Positions 44,732 through 55,235 of a stretch of DNA of 64,000 bases are shown piece by piece. The first letter of the stretch is position 1. The number at the start of each line of letters is the position of its first letter. This stretch comes from an uncultured Acidobacteriota bacterium. Lineage in GTDB: Bacteria > Acidobacteriota > Terriglobia > UBA7540. Location: assembly GCA_963804995.1 (NCBI GenBank), contig CAWDSK010000001.1, positions 1 to 64,000 on the forward strand. Direction: 5' to 3'. The notes beneath the pieces are model-generated. The model was not told the DNA's origin and did no database searches. It worked only from the letters and a program-made list of their open reading frames with translations. Made by a program: the position numbers and the translations under genes.

Positions 44732-46507
44732 ATGCGTTCAAGAAAGAGTGTTGTCTACGAATTCGATCGTTTTCGGTTCGATCCTCGCAGGCGATTGCTA
44801 TGGGAGGAAGGTAAGCGTGTCTCCGTCCACCCGAAGGCACTTGACCTGCTGTTGGTCCTTCTTGAAAATCGCGATCGAGTGATGTCTAAAGAACAGCTTG
44901 TCCAGGCACTGTGGCCCAGTACCGTCGTGGAAGAATCCAACCTGACACAGAACATATTCCAACTGCGCAGGGCACTTGGTGAAGATGCCCACAACCACCA
45001 GCACATTGTCACGCTTCATGGTTCCGGGTATCGCTTTGTCTCAAATGTGCGGCCAGTGGCAGCAGGCGGCACCAGCTTCAGCCAGGAGGGGCGGAGCAAA
45101 GCAAGCGAGAAGGAAGGTGATCCGGCGGCTCGATCGATTGCGATATTGCCACTCCGGCCTTTGAGTACAGATGCGGCTGATGAATATCTAGGACAGGGAA
45201 TGGCGGAGGCACTCACCGCCAAGCTCTCCAGCCTCCCACAATTGGTGGTTCGACCGACGGCGGGCATCGTGCTAAAGGAACATGGGGCACAACAAGAACC
45301 TGTGCGAATCGGACGCCGGTTGGGTGTTGCGTCGGTTGTCTATGGGACCGTGCTGCGAGTGGGTAAAAGAATTCGGATCACGGTTCACGTTGTGAGCGTG
45401 CAGGATGGCGCGTTGAAGTGGGCAGCCCAGTTCGAGGGAAGGCTCACGGAGATTCTGACGCTTCAAGACCAAATCGCTGCACAGGTGGCTGGTGCGGTCG
45501 TGTCAATACTTACCAGCGAAGATAGGGAACGCCTCAAGCAGCGGCACACCGAGAACACCGATGCGTATCTAACATACATTAAGGGCCGGTACTTCTTGAG
45601 CAAGCGATCGCCTGAAGGGTTTCGCAAAGCGGCAGAGTATTTTGAGCAGGCAAGCCATCTCGATCCTGCGTACGCTTTGGCCTTTGCCGGCTCGGCGGAT
45701 TGCAACTGCCTGCTTGCATGTTACAGTGTGGGCCCGCCACTGGAGGCGTGGCCAAAGGCCAAATCCGCCGCTCTCCGTGCTCTGGAAATTGATAGTGGGC
45801 TTGCCGAAGCTCATGCCACCTTGGGGTTGGGTCGGCTCGGGTACGAGTGGGATTGGCCAGGGTCAGAACGCGAATGCCTGCGAGCCTTGGCTCTGAACCC
45901 GAACTGTGCGATCGCGCACGACTACTACGCCGACTACTTAACCGCCATGGGCCGGCACGATGAGGCGATCGCCGCGGTCAAACGAGCCCAGGAACTGGAC
46001 CCTCTTTCGCTTATCGTTAATTGCGATGTTGGCGCCAATCTATACAGGGCGCGGCAATATCAGGAGGCTGTAAGGCAACTCAAGAACACCGTCACGATGG
46101 ACCCTGACTTTGCCTTGGCGCACTGGTGGTTGGGATGCGCGTACGAGATCCAAGGAATGTACCAACAAGCTCTAGCACAGCTTGAAGAGGCATTCAGGCT
46201 ATTCAATGACGGTCCACCGATGCTCGCCTCCCTGGGGCACGTGTATGCTGCGTGTGGAGAGAGGGAGCGGGCCTACAAAGTGGTGGAGCAATTGCACGAG
46301 GTTTCTCGGCATCGTTATGTTTCCCCCTTCGATATGGCTCTCCCGTACGTCGGACTGGGGGACAAAGATGAAGCCTTTGGCTGGCTAGAGAGGGCCTGCG
46401 TGGACAAGCCCTGGCAACTGGCTTTCCTCAAAGTGGAGCCAAGATTGGATCCCCTTCATTCTGACGCACGTTTTAAGAACCTACTGCGCCGACTCGGTCT
46501 GGAGTGA
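44732..46507 (+). CDS. OmpR/CadC-type wHTH, TolB-like and TPR transcriptional regulator
   Basis: YEFDRF...KALDLL..L...LWP...VEESNLTQNI..LRRALG...GYRF; SIAILP; TPRs; EPRLDPL..D.RF..LLRRLGL. Confidence 0.92.
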   Translation: MRSRKSVVYEFDRFRFDPRRRLLWEEGKRVSVHPKALDLLLVLLENRDRVMSKEQLVQALWPSTVVEESNLTQNIFQLRRALGEDAHNHQHIVTLHGSGYRFVSNVRPVAAGGTSFSQEGRSKASEKEGDPAARSIAILPLRPLSTDAADEYLGQGMAEALTAKLSSLPQLVVRPTAGIVLKEHGAQQEPVRIGRRLGVASVVYGTVLRVGKRIRITVHVVSVQDGALKWAAQFEGRLTEILTLQDQIAAQVAGAVVSILTSEDRERLKQRHTENTDAYLTYIKGRYFLSKRSPEGFRKAAEYFEQASHLDPAYALAFAGSADCNCLLACYSVGPPLEAWPKAKSAALRALEIDSGLAEAHATLGLGRLGYEWDWPGSERECLRALALNPNCAIAHDYYADYLTAMGRHDEAIAAVKRAQELDPLSLIVNCDVGANLYRARQYQEAVRQLKNTVTMDPDFALAHWWLGCAYEIQGMYQQALAQLEEAFRLFNDGPPMLASLGHVYAACGERERAYKVVEQLHEVSRHRYVSPFDMALPYVGLGDKDEAFGWLERACVDKPWQLAFLKVEPRLDPLHSDARFKNLLRRLGLE

Positions 46508-46969
46508 TGAAGCTTGATTTGCAGTGCTTTCAAGATGCATGCCCCTCACGACTGACCTGCACCGATGAGGGGTCAAATCTACGGCGCGAATAAGTAATGC
46601 CATCCCCTACCCTCACACGGAGCTGGTTGCGGTATCAGAAGCCCGTGTGTAGCGCTTTCGGCGAAAGCGACGGGATCCCATTCTTGCGATGTGTGTTGAC
46701 TGCGCGTTCGCCCGTGCAGATTGATCGCGTGGCTTCGCCTCATCCTGACCTGACGATTTTATCGGCAGTTCCAACCGCTGCAAGATATTGACTAGGACCC
46801 TTTTGGCCACTAGCGAGAGTTGTCCCTACCAACAATCTCTTTCAGACTGAAATCCTTGCTCATATTGAGGGGCGTTGCTGACGTCGTCCTGCAACCACCC
46901 GGTTTGTTGCGGGGGCAGTACGGGAAACGGAGTGATCACCCTCAGTTAAGGCAAGAAAGTATATGTACA

Positions 46970-47484
46970 CCTTCCCGGCATCCGTCGCGTTAAGAAATAG
47001 TAAGAAAAATTCAGGTATGCGCCTTGTCTCATCGCTCCGTCTGGCTGTAGAAATACTATCGAGTTTACTGAAGCGTAAGGATGTAAGGCAGGAATGGCTA
47101 CTTCGTGTTTGGGGAATTTGAACCCGCACCTTCGTCTCTCCATTTCCTTTCGTCGGATGATGGCTTGGGGGTTTAGATGGAAGTCTACGCAATCAGGAGA
47201 CTATTACTGTTGTTCGGAGCCCCTCTGCTAGCCAGCACTGCCCTTTGGGCGCAGCACAAAGCTGACATTTTGGGGACTGTAACGGATTCATCGGGGGCCG
47301 TCATCCGGAATGCAAAAGTTGTGGTCTCCAATCCTGACAAAGGTTTCTATTGCGATATGAAGAGTAACATGCTCGCATTGCGGGAGAATAGTGCCACCCC
47401 TACCTTACCGGACGGAGGCTCGGCGGATCTCTATAAAGCATTCCTCCCGTATTTTGAGACCACCGAATCCATCGGACTTCACAC
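46970..47484 (+). repeat. ~515-bp direct repeat, copy 2
   Basis: Identical by eye to 31990-32504. Confidence 0.92.
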
Positions 47485-48340
47485 CCCCCATACAGTACCT
47501 AACATAAATGACCGGTGTCGACGCGTTGGTTTCGCGTTTCGTGCATTCGGCAAGAACACGATTCTTCGCGCAGGACATGGAATCTATTACAATTACAACA
47601 TCCAGCCGTCGGGGGCGGGAGAGGCCCAAAATATCCCTTTTCAAGCAGCGCCTGCGCAGAACGCTAACACCGCGCTGCCGGGCAACCCAACGTCAACTTT
47701 TCTACCGGACATAACGGTCCAAAATCCGCTCGGTGCGGCTTCGGTCCCCATTCCTCTCCATCCGACTGTCATATTGCAACAACGTGATTTTGTGAATGCA
47801 GCCGTCCAGCAGTGGAACATTACTCTTCAACACCAAATTAAACAGAATTGGATTGTAAGGAGATCCTACGTCGGCTCTCAGCTGCATCACCTGCTATGGT
47901 ACCGTGGCGAGATCAATCAACCTTTGGTCCAACTTCCGAACAAAACTAATCAGCAACAGAGACCCTTCCAGCCTTGGGGGAGGGGCCAGGCGATTCGGAG
48001 TGGGGCCAAGCAGAATTTCGACCAGTTCCAGTTGGAGTCCATTAAGCGCCTTTCGAATGGATCCTCCTTCCAGGTCGAGAATAATTGGACGCGTAGCCTG
48101 GACAATGCGGACGTCTTCTTTGGTCCGCAACAATGGCACTTCCCGAACCTAGCGCCGGCATCCAGATCGATTGACAGAGCCGTAGCTCCGGCGCGGAGTG
48201 CATTGCAGCACGCGGGAACTGGAAGCGCCATTTTTGCACTGCCTCGACCAGTACGACTGGAACCCCAAACCCTTCGTCTGGACAAGGACGGCAGATCAGA
48301 TCTCTTCCGGTATCGCGAGACTTTGTCCGTGACCTTGTGA
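47177..48340 (+). pseudogene. Chimeric TonB-dependent receptor fragment
   Basis: Same first ~103 aa as the 32197 ORF, then RVGFAFR.FG.NTILRAGHGIYY, QQWNITLQHQ, SYVGS; lacks the C-terminus. Confidence 0.75.
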
Positions 48341-48394
48341 CTCAGGTCACTGGCGACGAAATTTCAGCTTAAAAGCAGGGAGGACCCACAACGC

Positions 48395-49249
48395 ATGCAT
48401 AGATTCCTATTTCATAATGACCGGATCTTGGCTCTTCAGGACGTTCGTCTCTCGCCCGGCCAAGCAGGCCTCTTTAATGGTTGGGGCGTGTTCACCACTC
48501 TCCGTATTTTCAACGGGTGTCCATTTGCTTCTGAGCATCACTGGAAGCGACTTTCGATTGATGCCAAGCGTCTCCAGATCCCATTCGATTTCAAATATGA
48601 GACCCTGCTCGCCCGCCTCCGCGAACTGATACAAGTCAACGAGGTGAAAAATGGATGTGCGCGCGTCTACTTTGTGTACAACAAAGTCGGCTGTTGGTGC
48701 AGCGACGAATCCTTTCCCGTAACCGACGTAGTGATGTACACCAACGAACCAATCGCCCGCGAAGGCATGGCGAAGTTGTGCCTCATTCCCTATGGGCGTC
48801 TGGCGGCTGGGCAATTGGCAGGTACAAAAGTGACATCATGGCTTGACAACGTCTGGAGCCTGGAACAAGCGAGACATCGCGGGTTTGACGAGGCAATCCT
48901 TCTGAATGAGCGCGGCGAAGTAGCAGAGTGTACGGCAGCGAACCTGTTTTGTGTCCGAAATGGCAAGGTGGAGACCCCGCCCTTGTCTTCCGGTTGTCTC
49001 GCCGGCGTCACCCGTGAAATTCTGCTGGAAATCGGACCCACGGCTGGAATTCCTATAATCGAAAGAACTCTTTGCTTACAGGATTTGTATCGCGCAGAGG
49101 AGGTTTTCATTACGTCGACAACGCGTAACGCTCAGGCGGTCAGCCAGATTGAGCATCATACTCTTCTACAAGCCCCGGGCGTAATCACAGCGCGCTTAAG
49201 TCAACTCTTCTCAGAATATGTAGATCGATATCTCTTGGAGCATTCGTAA
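48395..49249 (+). CDS. PLP-dependent aminotransferase class IV (IlvE/Dat/PabC family)
   Basis: GWGVFTTLR, HWKRL, GTKVTS, GFDEAILLNERGEVAECTAANLF, LAGVTR, EVFITST. Confidence 0.9.
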   Translation: MHRFLFHNDRILALQDVRLSPGQAGLFNGWGVFTTLRIFNGCPFASEHHWKRLSIDAKRLQIPFDFKYETLLARLRELIQVNEVKNGCARVYFVYNKVGCWCSDESFPVTDVVMYTNEPIAREGMAKLCLIPYGRLAAGQLAGTKVTSWLDNVWSLEQARHRGFDEAILLNERGEVAECTAANLFCVRNGKVETPPLSSGCLAGVTREILLEIGPTAGIPIIERTLCLQDLYRAEEVFITSTTRNAQAVSQIEHHTLLQAPGVITARLSQLFSEYVDRYLLEHS

Positions 49250-49279
49250 CAAATACCACAAAGCGAATGGGGGGAAGGA

Positions 49280-50287
49280 ATGAGCGAAACAATTCGTGTA
49301 ATTCAGTACGGGGTTGGCCCGATCGGCGCGGGCCTTGTTCGTCTAATGCTGCAGAAACCCAACCTCGAAATCGTCGGCGCCATTGACACGGATCCGGAAA
49401 AAGTAGGGAAATATCTGGGGTGTCTTGCGGGAGCTGATCGGCACGCGGGTGTTATGGTCAGTGATGACGCCAAATCGGTACTGCATTCCGGCGCTGATGT
49501 CGTACTTCATGCCACGTCGTCTTACCTGAAACACGTCAATGACCAGCTCATGGCCTGCATGGAGGCTGGGCTCCATGTAATTTCCACCTGCGAAGAACTT
49601 TCTTATCCGTTCCGGAAATACCCGGAGTTGAGCGCGCATCTCGATCAATGTGCCTGCGAAAACAAGGTGGCGGTGCTCGGCACTGGGGTGAATCCAGGCT
49701 TCGCAATGGATAAGCTAGTATTGACACTAGCCACGGCTTGCCACCGAGTTGATAAAGTCCAGGTCTGCCGCGTTGTTGATGCTTCGAAAAGACGCCAACC
49801 CCTGCAGAAGAAGATAGGATCGGGGCTCACCGTAGAACAGTTCCACGTGCAGCGCGACGCGGGAACCATTAAGCATCATGGCCTTCCCGAATCTGCCGCA
49901 ATGATTGCCGATTCGCTCGGTTTGCGGGTTGACCGCATCGAAGAAAGCATAGATCCGGTGATCGCCAAAGAAACCGTGAAAACTGACTTCTTTGAAGTTC
50001 CCCCCGGTCGGGTAGTGGGTGTGCGTCAGGTAGCGCGCGGATTAAAGGACGAGGAGGAGAATGTTCGGTTGGAACTCCAGATGTACCTGGGCGCAGCAGA
50101 TCCGATCGATGCCATCAAGATCACAGGGGTGCCGGGACTGAACCTTCAGATCCCTGGGGGGATTCACGGAGACCTCGCCACTGCTGCGGTAGCAGTCAAC
50201 TGTATCCCCGCGATGCTGGAAGCAAAGCCGGGTCTTCGTACCTCGAAAGATATTCCGATGTGCTATCTGCCGGTCAAGCCGAACTGA
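49280..50287 (+). CDS. Dihydrodipicolinate reductase-like / 2,4-diaminopentanoate dehydrogenase-like NAD(P) oxidoreductase
   Basis: IQYGVGPIG, ISTCEEL.YP, LGTGVNPGF, HHGLPES, GD.ATAA..VNCIP....KPGL. Confidence 0.85.
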   Translation: MSETIRVIQYGVGPIGAGLVRLMLQKPNLEIVGAIDTDPEKVGKYLGCLAGADRHAGVMVSDDAKSVLHSGADVVLHATSSYLKHVNDQLMACMEAGLHVISTCEELSYPFRKYPELSAHLDQCACENKVAVLGTGVNPGFAMDKLVLTLATACHRVDKVQVCRVVDASKRRQPLQKKIGSGLTVEQFHVQRDAGTIKHHGLPESAAMIADSLGLRVDRIEESIDPVIAKETVKTDFFEVPPGRVVGVRQVARGLKDEEENVRLELQMYLGAADPIDAIKITGVPGLNLQIPGGIHGDLATAAVAVNCIPAMLEAKPGLRTSKDIPMCYLPVKPN

Positions 50288-50348
50288 GCTTGACACGAGA
50301 GAGCAGCGGGGGTACGAGTTCGCGCCCGCTCGAAGTCAAAAACTCGGA

Positions 50349-51824
50349 GTGAGCACAGAAGCCATGCACAAACCCATGCCGTTCATATTCTTGCTCGCCA
50401 GCCTGGCAGTTGCCCAACGACCCTTGTTCCGCGTCGTGGATATTGACGTGGGCGCGACGGATCGAGTCCAGTTCGCAGATGGCAAGAGCGCGACCGTGAA
50501 GCTGCTCGCGATCAATGAAACTCGCTACCAAGCTCGTTCGGCGATCCGGGACGCGCGCGCGGAGGTGGAGATCAATGGGTCCCGAGCCACTCTTTCCTGC
50601 GGGAACTACCGTCTGCCGGTCACAGTGGGTGGCGTGCAGGCTGACTGCGCTGTGACCAAGGCCTACTATCAGGACACCAATCAGGATCACTGGGCGCTTG
50701 AAAAGGATGCCCGTCTGCGCCTCTGGCCCGCGGGGCCGCCCTTCGTGCCACCCGGATCATTGGTTTATCCGGTTCGGCAGCGCTGGTTCGCCTCGCTGAC
50801 GCAAATGGCGAACGAACCGTGCTACGTCGCCGCGGAAGAGAGTATCAGTTCGGCGAAAATCTACTATCACAACGGCCTCGATATTGGCGGGGCCGAGGGC
50901 TTGGTGGATGTCATCGCCGCGACCAGTGGTCTCGTGGTGGGCCTCGGAACAGCGGTGATCGACCAAGAAGAAGACAATAAAACCATCCACACAAGTTTCA
51001 ACGATACCATCTGGGTGCAGGATGAGCGGGGCTGGTACCATCGCTACACGCACCTCTACTCCTATGACCCGTCGGTGAAGCTGGGCGGACGGGTCGTCAT
51101 GGGGCAGAAGATCGGCACGCTCGGGAAAGAAGGTTCGAGCGGCGGCTGGTCACATCTCCATTACGAGATCGTCGCCCCGCAGCCGTCCGGCAAATTGGGG
51201 ACTCTTGAAGGCTATGTGTTCCTGTGGGAAGCCTACCGGCGGCAGTACAAGCCCTCGCTGATCGCCGTTGCGCGGCCTCACCAAGTCGTCCTGGTGGGAG
51301 AAAAGGCGACGCTGGATGGATCGCGATCGTGGAGCGAGTCGCACCTTGCCCGCTACGATTGGACTTTCACGGATGGCGAGAAAGCCTCGGGATCGAAAGT
51401 CGAGAGGTCTTATTCGAAAGCCGGCACCTACAGCGAAATTCTGATGATCACCGACGACCACGGCCGCATCGCTTATGACTTCGAGACGGTCAACGTGCTC
51501 GATCCGAAACATCCTGAGCAGGTGCCGCCGTCGATTCAAGCCGCGTACTTTCCTACCATGGGCATTGCGCCGGGGAAGCCGGTCACTTTCAAAGTCCGGA
51601 CGTTTGGCACAACGGATGGACAGGAGACTTGGTCATTCGGGGACGGCTCGACCGCCACCACCAAGTCCGATGGCAACGTCGAAAAATATGCGAAGGATGG
51701 GTTCGCCATCACCACGCACGCCTTCCAAAAGCCGGGAGACTATATCGTGCGTGTAGAGCGCTCATGCCATCTAGGCCAGAAGGCGATCGCCCATCTGTGG
51801 TTGCGCGTGGGCGGCTCCGAGTAG
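50349..51824 (+). CDS. Exported M23-family peptidase domain protein with PKD domains
   Basis: YHNGLDIG, YTHL, GQKIG..G..G.SGGWSHLHYEI; LDGSRS, WTFTDG, WSFGDG PKD motifs. Confidence 0.85.
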   Translation: MSTEAMHKPMPFIFLLASLAVAQRPLFRVVDIDVGATDRVQFADGKSATVKLLAINETRYQARSAIRDARAEVEINGSRATLSCGNYRLPVTVGGVQADCAVTKAYYQDTNQDHWALEKDARLRLWPAGPPFVPPGSLVYPVRQRWFASLTQMANEPCYVAAEESISSAKIYYHNGLDIGGAEGLVDVIAATSGLVVGLGTAVIDQEEDNKTIHTSFNDTIWVQDERGWYHRYTHLYSYDPSVKLGGRVVMGQKIGTLGKEGSSGGWSHLHYEIVAPQPSGKLGTLEGYVFLWEAYRRQYKPSLIAVARPHQVVLVGEKATLDGSRSWSESHLARYDWTFTDGEKASGSKVERSYSKAGTYSEILMITDDHGRIAYDFETVNVLDPKHPEQVPPSIQAAYFPTMGIAPGKPVTFKVRTFGTTDGQETWSFGDGSTATTKSDGNVEKYAKDGFAITTHAFQKPGDYIVRVERSCHLGQKAIAHLWLRVGGSE

Positions 51825-51970
51825 TCATGCCCGGCTCCCCGGCGCGTCCCCAGTTGGAGCTTTGGGCCGGCGCTACTGTTGGCCCGAGGGTTCTCCTGGT
51901 AGTGGGTCAGTTTGGTTGGTTGCGGCGGTGGTCTCTGACCGCCGGTTTTGAGATTCAACGACTTCGGCGC

Positions 51971-52350
51971 TCATAGAGCGCCGCTACAGGTCAGCGAGCG
52001 GTCATAGCTTACGACCAGTCGTCGGTAGTTTCCCAGCCAGCCGATGTTGCGCTGGACGATCCAGCGCCGTTTATACCGGCGCAGGGGACGACCGTCGTGA
52101 GTGGGCGGTCGGCTTCGGTTCTTGTGGTGTGGAGTGATCAATTCGATTCCGCGTCGGGCCGGCCGGTCGCCCAGCGGATCGCTGTCGTAGCCGCCGTCGG
52201 TAATCACCCGACGCGCCTTCTGCCAGGAATAACCCGGCTGGTGCCGTCGGCCTACCCGGATCGTCTGCAGCATCGCCTCCGCCAGCCGGACTTCCGCCAG
52301 GGATGCAGAGTGAAGGTCGTTTCCCAAAGGAAGACCCCGGGCGTCGACCA
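51971..52350 (-). mobile_element. IS5-family transposase remnant
   Basis: VDARGLPL, ITDGGYDSD, YKRRWIVQR..GWL.NYRRL..YDR. Confidence 0.75.
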
Positions 52351-52389
52351 AGCGCGGCAGGGACGCCCGTTGACGGGCTGCCCCATCGC

Positions 52390-52581
52390 TATCGCTTAAA
52401 GTCAGGTCGGAAGATTCGCACGCTGAAGACCAAGGAAGTTCGAGTGCCGGTACGCCCCGGCGACGTGTTCCTGATTGAGTCCGGCGGAGGAGGCGGCTGG
52501 GGCAATCCCGCGCGGCGCAACCACAAGGCGAGGCAGGCAGACGGCGACGATGGCTTTGTGACGCGCCAGAAGCCGAAGTAA
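52390..52581 (+). pseudogene. Hydantoinase B/oxoprolinase C-terminal fragment
   Basis: VRPGDVFLIESGGGGGWGNPARR. Confidence 0.7.
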
Positions 52582-52738
52582 TGGAGACCGATGGCCTGAA
52601 ACACGGTATTTCTGAGATGGGAATCAGCCACAGCCCCAAAGGGGCTAAACAAATTTCTTCGACTCAAGCTAACCTGAAACGTTGTCACGTAACGAATCAA
52701 TCCCGATTTCGCCATTACCGAAACAGGGGAGACGCTCG

Positions 52739-52900
52739 GTGAAGTATCGAATTGGAATCGACGTGGGTGGAACCTTCACCGACGTGGTCGGAGTGGACGC
52801 GGCGGGGAAGGTCACCTTCACCAAAGCGGCCACAACTCCGGCCGATCCTTCAATGGGGGTGATGGAGGGACTGACCCTTCTGGCTGCGGCGCTCGACTTC
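52739..52900 (+). pseudogene. Hydantoinase A/oxoprolinase N-terminal fragment
   Basis: YRIGIDVGGTFTD...K..TTPADPS.GV..GL; GGGGAG RBS. Confidence 0.8.
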
Positions 52901-53108
52901 GTAAACGACGGCGGCCTTGAACTTGACCTCGAAGACGCCCCCGAGCCCGGAAGAATCGTCTTCACCTACAAGAAGTCATCCAAAGCGCCCCATTGATCTC
53001 TTCGTATTGGGTCGGCCCAAGTCATCTTCGGCAGTAGAAAGAACGCGCTGATTAGAGAACAATGGGCCCACAGGCAGCGTATCACGCCGGGAACACCTAT
53101 CCACCCGC

Positions 53109-53236
53109 CCCACGGTTTGGGAAACCGTTGGCCTATGGGCTGGGTTGCAGCAGAACACTTGTAGGATCAAGCGATTCCTGGCTGTTCTTTGGCTCGGGGA
53201 GGACCTACCGTAGTCGATTTTGTAGCTGCCAATTTC
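53109..53236 (-). repeat. Second degenerate tRNA-Arg att remnant plus adjacent conserved motif
   Basis: CCCACGGTTTGGGAAACCGTT (20/21 identical to 30034-30054) and ACCGTAGTCGATTTTGTAGCTGCCAATTTC (cf. 30132-30161), with identical 98-bp offset. Confidence 0.75.
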
Positions 53237-53721
53237 TAGAGATCTCAACAGAATCCAATCTGATACACTCCTCGTCGCCCCAAATGGTGTCAAGGAGGAA
53301 ATAACGGTTTCGATTCAGTTGTCAGGCCCGCAGTCCCGTGTGTAACTTTGGCAATCTCCGCGTCAATACACTATTTCGCCCGAAGGACCCGGCAAACGGC
53401 CCCACTTGCACGCACCGTCGACATCTCGAAGGCCGGAGAGCTTGAACCACCAGAGGTTTTACGGAGCCCCCTATCTCACCGCCGATTTCAGCTGGATAGC
53501 CCCACGAGCGGATTGGGCCTGTTCAAGTCGCCTTCATGGAGATTATCTTACCTAATGTGCGACCGTGCGAGAGCAGGCGTGTACAGTCTAATGCAGCCAA
53601 AGCCACTCACTTTCCCCAGACGCTCTGCAAAAGAAATTGAGCAATGTTCATCGCATATGCCCCACTCAGGACGGCGACTAAAGCTGCATGACAGAGGCAT
53701 GAGCATTGCTATAAGGTTCAT

Positions 53722-53748
53722 CAAAACCCCCTCTTTCGGGGGGTTTTG
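53722..53748. terminator. Hairpin resembling a bidirectional intrinsic terminator
   Basis: CAAAACCCCC-TCTTTCG-GGGGGTTTTG. Confidence 0.45.
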
Positions 53749-53876
53749 CAACGGAGAATGACACGGCTTTCACAACCCGGTCTCTATCGCCCCAGGAGAG
53801 CAGGATCGTGCTTGCGCTCAGCGAGCACGGCGGCGGGAGACGACGCGAGCGGAAATCGTCGAACTGCTCGGCGTAA

Positions 53877-55193
53877 CCTGTACCTGCCAAAAACTCCGTC
53901 CGGATTGAAATCATTGATGTTGGTTGGCTCCCACTGCTAAGCTTCCCGCTCCCATGTTTACCCTATTCTTTTCCTTCCTGGGCACTCTCCGCTCCTGCTT
54001 CCAAACCCGGGCGGCCTTGCAGTTGGAGATTCTTGCCCTCCGCCACCAGATAAACGTGCTCCGAAGGTCGCAGCGTGGGCGCGTTCGACTCACGGAGGTG
54101 GACCGCCTCTTGTGGACATGGCTGCTGTACCTCTGGCCCGGCTGGCGTTCTGCGCTCATCATCGTCAAGCCGGAAACGGTTATTGCCTGGCATCGCCGGG
54201 GATTCCGCCTGTATTGGACATCGAAGAGTAGACCGGGTAGGCCGGGAAGGCCTGAAGTGTCTCGTGAGGTTCGGGACCTCATCCGGAAGATGAGCCTGGC
54301 GAATCCGCGCTGGGGAGCACCAAGCATCCATGGCGAGCTCCTGAAGCTCGGAATTGAATTATCTCAAGCCACCGCTGCCAAGTACATGGAGCGTCACCGA
54401 AGACCACCCTCCCAGATGTGGCGTACGTTCCTCGATATTCACCTGAAGCAATTGGTCTCCACGGATTTCTTCGTCGTGCCGACGGTGAACTTTCGAATCC
54501 TCTTTGTCTTTGTGGTCTTGGCCCATCAGCGGCGCCGCGTGATTCATTTCAACGTTACTGCCCATCCCACCTCGGAATGGACGGCGCAACAGGTTGTCGA
54601 GGCCTTCCCTTGGGATACGGCCCCACGCTATCTGCTCCGTGATCGCGATAGCATCCATGGCGACGTTTTCCGGCAAAGAGTCCGAGGGATGGCGATTCGC
54701 GAAGTCATGACGGCCCCGAGGGCGCCATGGCAGAGTCCCTATGTGGAGCGCCTGATCGGATCCGTTCGACGGGAGTGCCTGGATCACCTCATCGTACTCA
54801 ACGAGGAGTCTCTGCGCCAGAGGCTCAAGTTGTATTTCGCTTACTACCACCGGGCCCGCACTCACTTGTCGTTGGATAAAGATGCACCGGAGAGCAGACC
54901 GGTTCAACCGCCAGAGCTGGGGTCCGTCGTTGAATTGCGGGAGGTGGGTGGACTGCATCACCGCTACGAACGGCGGGCGGCTTGAAGAATTGTTCACAGA
55001 CTCAAGAGGGGTGTGTTCCCACTGGAGTCGGCCGAGATCGGTGAAGCCTCCCTCCCGCTGGGAACAGAACCTTCCCCGCACTCGCACCGCCATAAAATCT
55101 GGAGGCCGCGTCCGCCCAGCAACTCCCTCGACCCTTTGACACGGTGCGAATTAGCCGCACTTTGCGGTCGATCGAGTTTTTGGCAGGGACAGG
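53877..55193 (+). mobile_element. rve/integrase-core IS element, apparently intact
   Basis: IRs CCTGTACCTGCCAAAAACTC / GAGTTTTTGGCAGGGACAGG (19/20); no target duplication seen. Confidence 0.88.
53954..54985 (+). CDS. Integrase-core (rve) DDE transposase
   Basis: LEILALRHQ, VKPETV..WHR, NP.WGA..IHGEL, DFF.V, LLRDRD, PWQ.PY.ERLIGS.RRECLD, GGLHHRY. Confidence 0.92.
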   Translation: MFTLFFSFLGTLRSCFQTRAALQLEILALRHQINVLRRSQRGRVRLTEVDRLLWTWLLYLWPGWRSALIIVKPETVIAWHRRGFRLYWTSKSRPGRPGRPEVSREVRDLIRKMSLANPRWGAPSIHGELLKLGIELSQATAAKYMERHRRPPSQMWRTFLDIHLKQLVSTDFFVVPTVNFRILFVFVVLAHQRRRVIHFNVTAHPTSEWTAQQVVEAFPWDTAPRYLLRDRDSIHGDVFRQRVRGMAIREVMTAPRAPWQSPYVERLIGSVRRECLDHLIVLNEESLRQRLKLYFAYYHRARTHLSLDKDAPESRPVQPPELGSVVELREVGGLHHRYERRAA

Positions 55194-55235
55194 TCTACCC
55201 CGCGGTGGGAATGGGTCGAACTGCTTCCCGATTCG

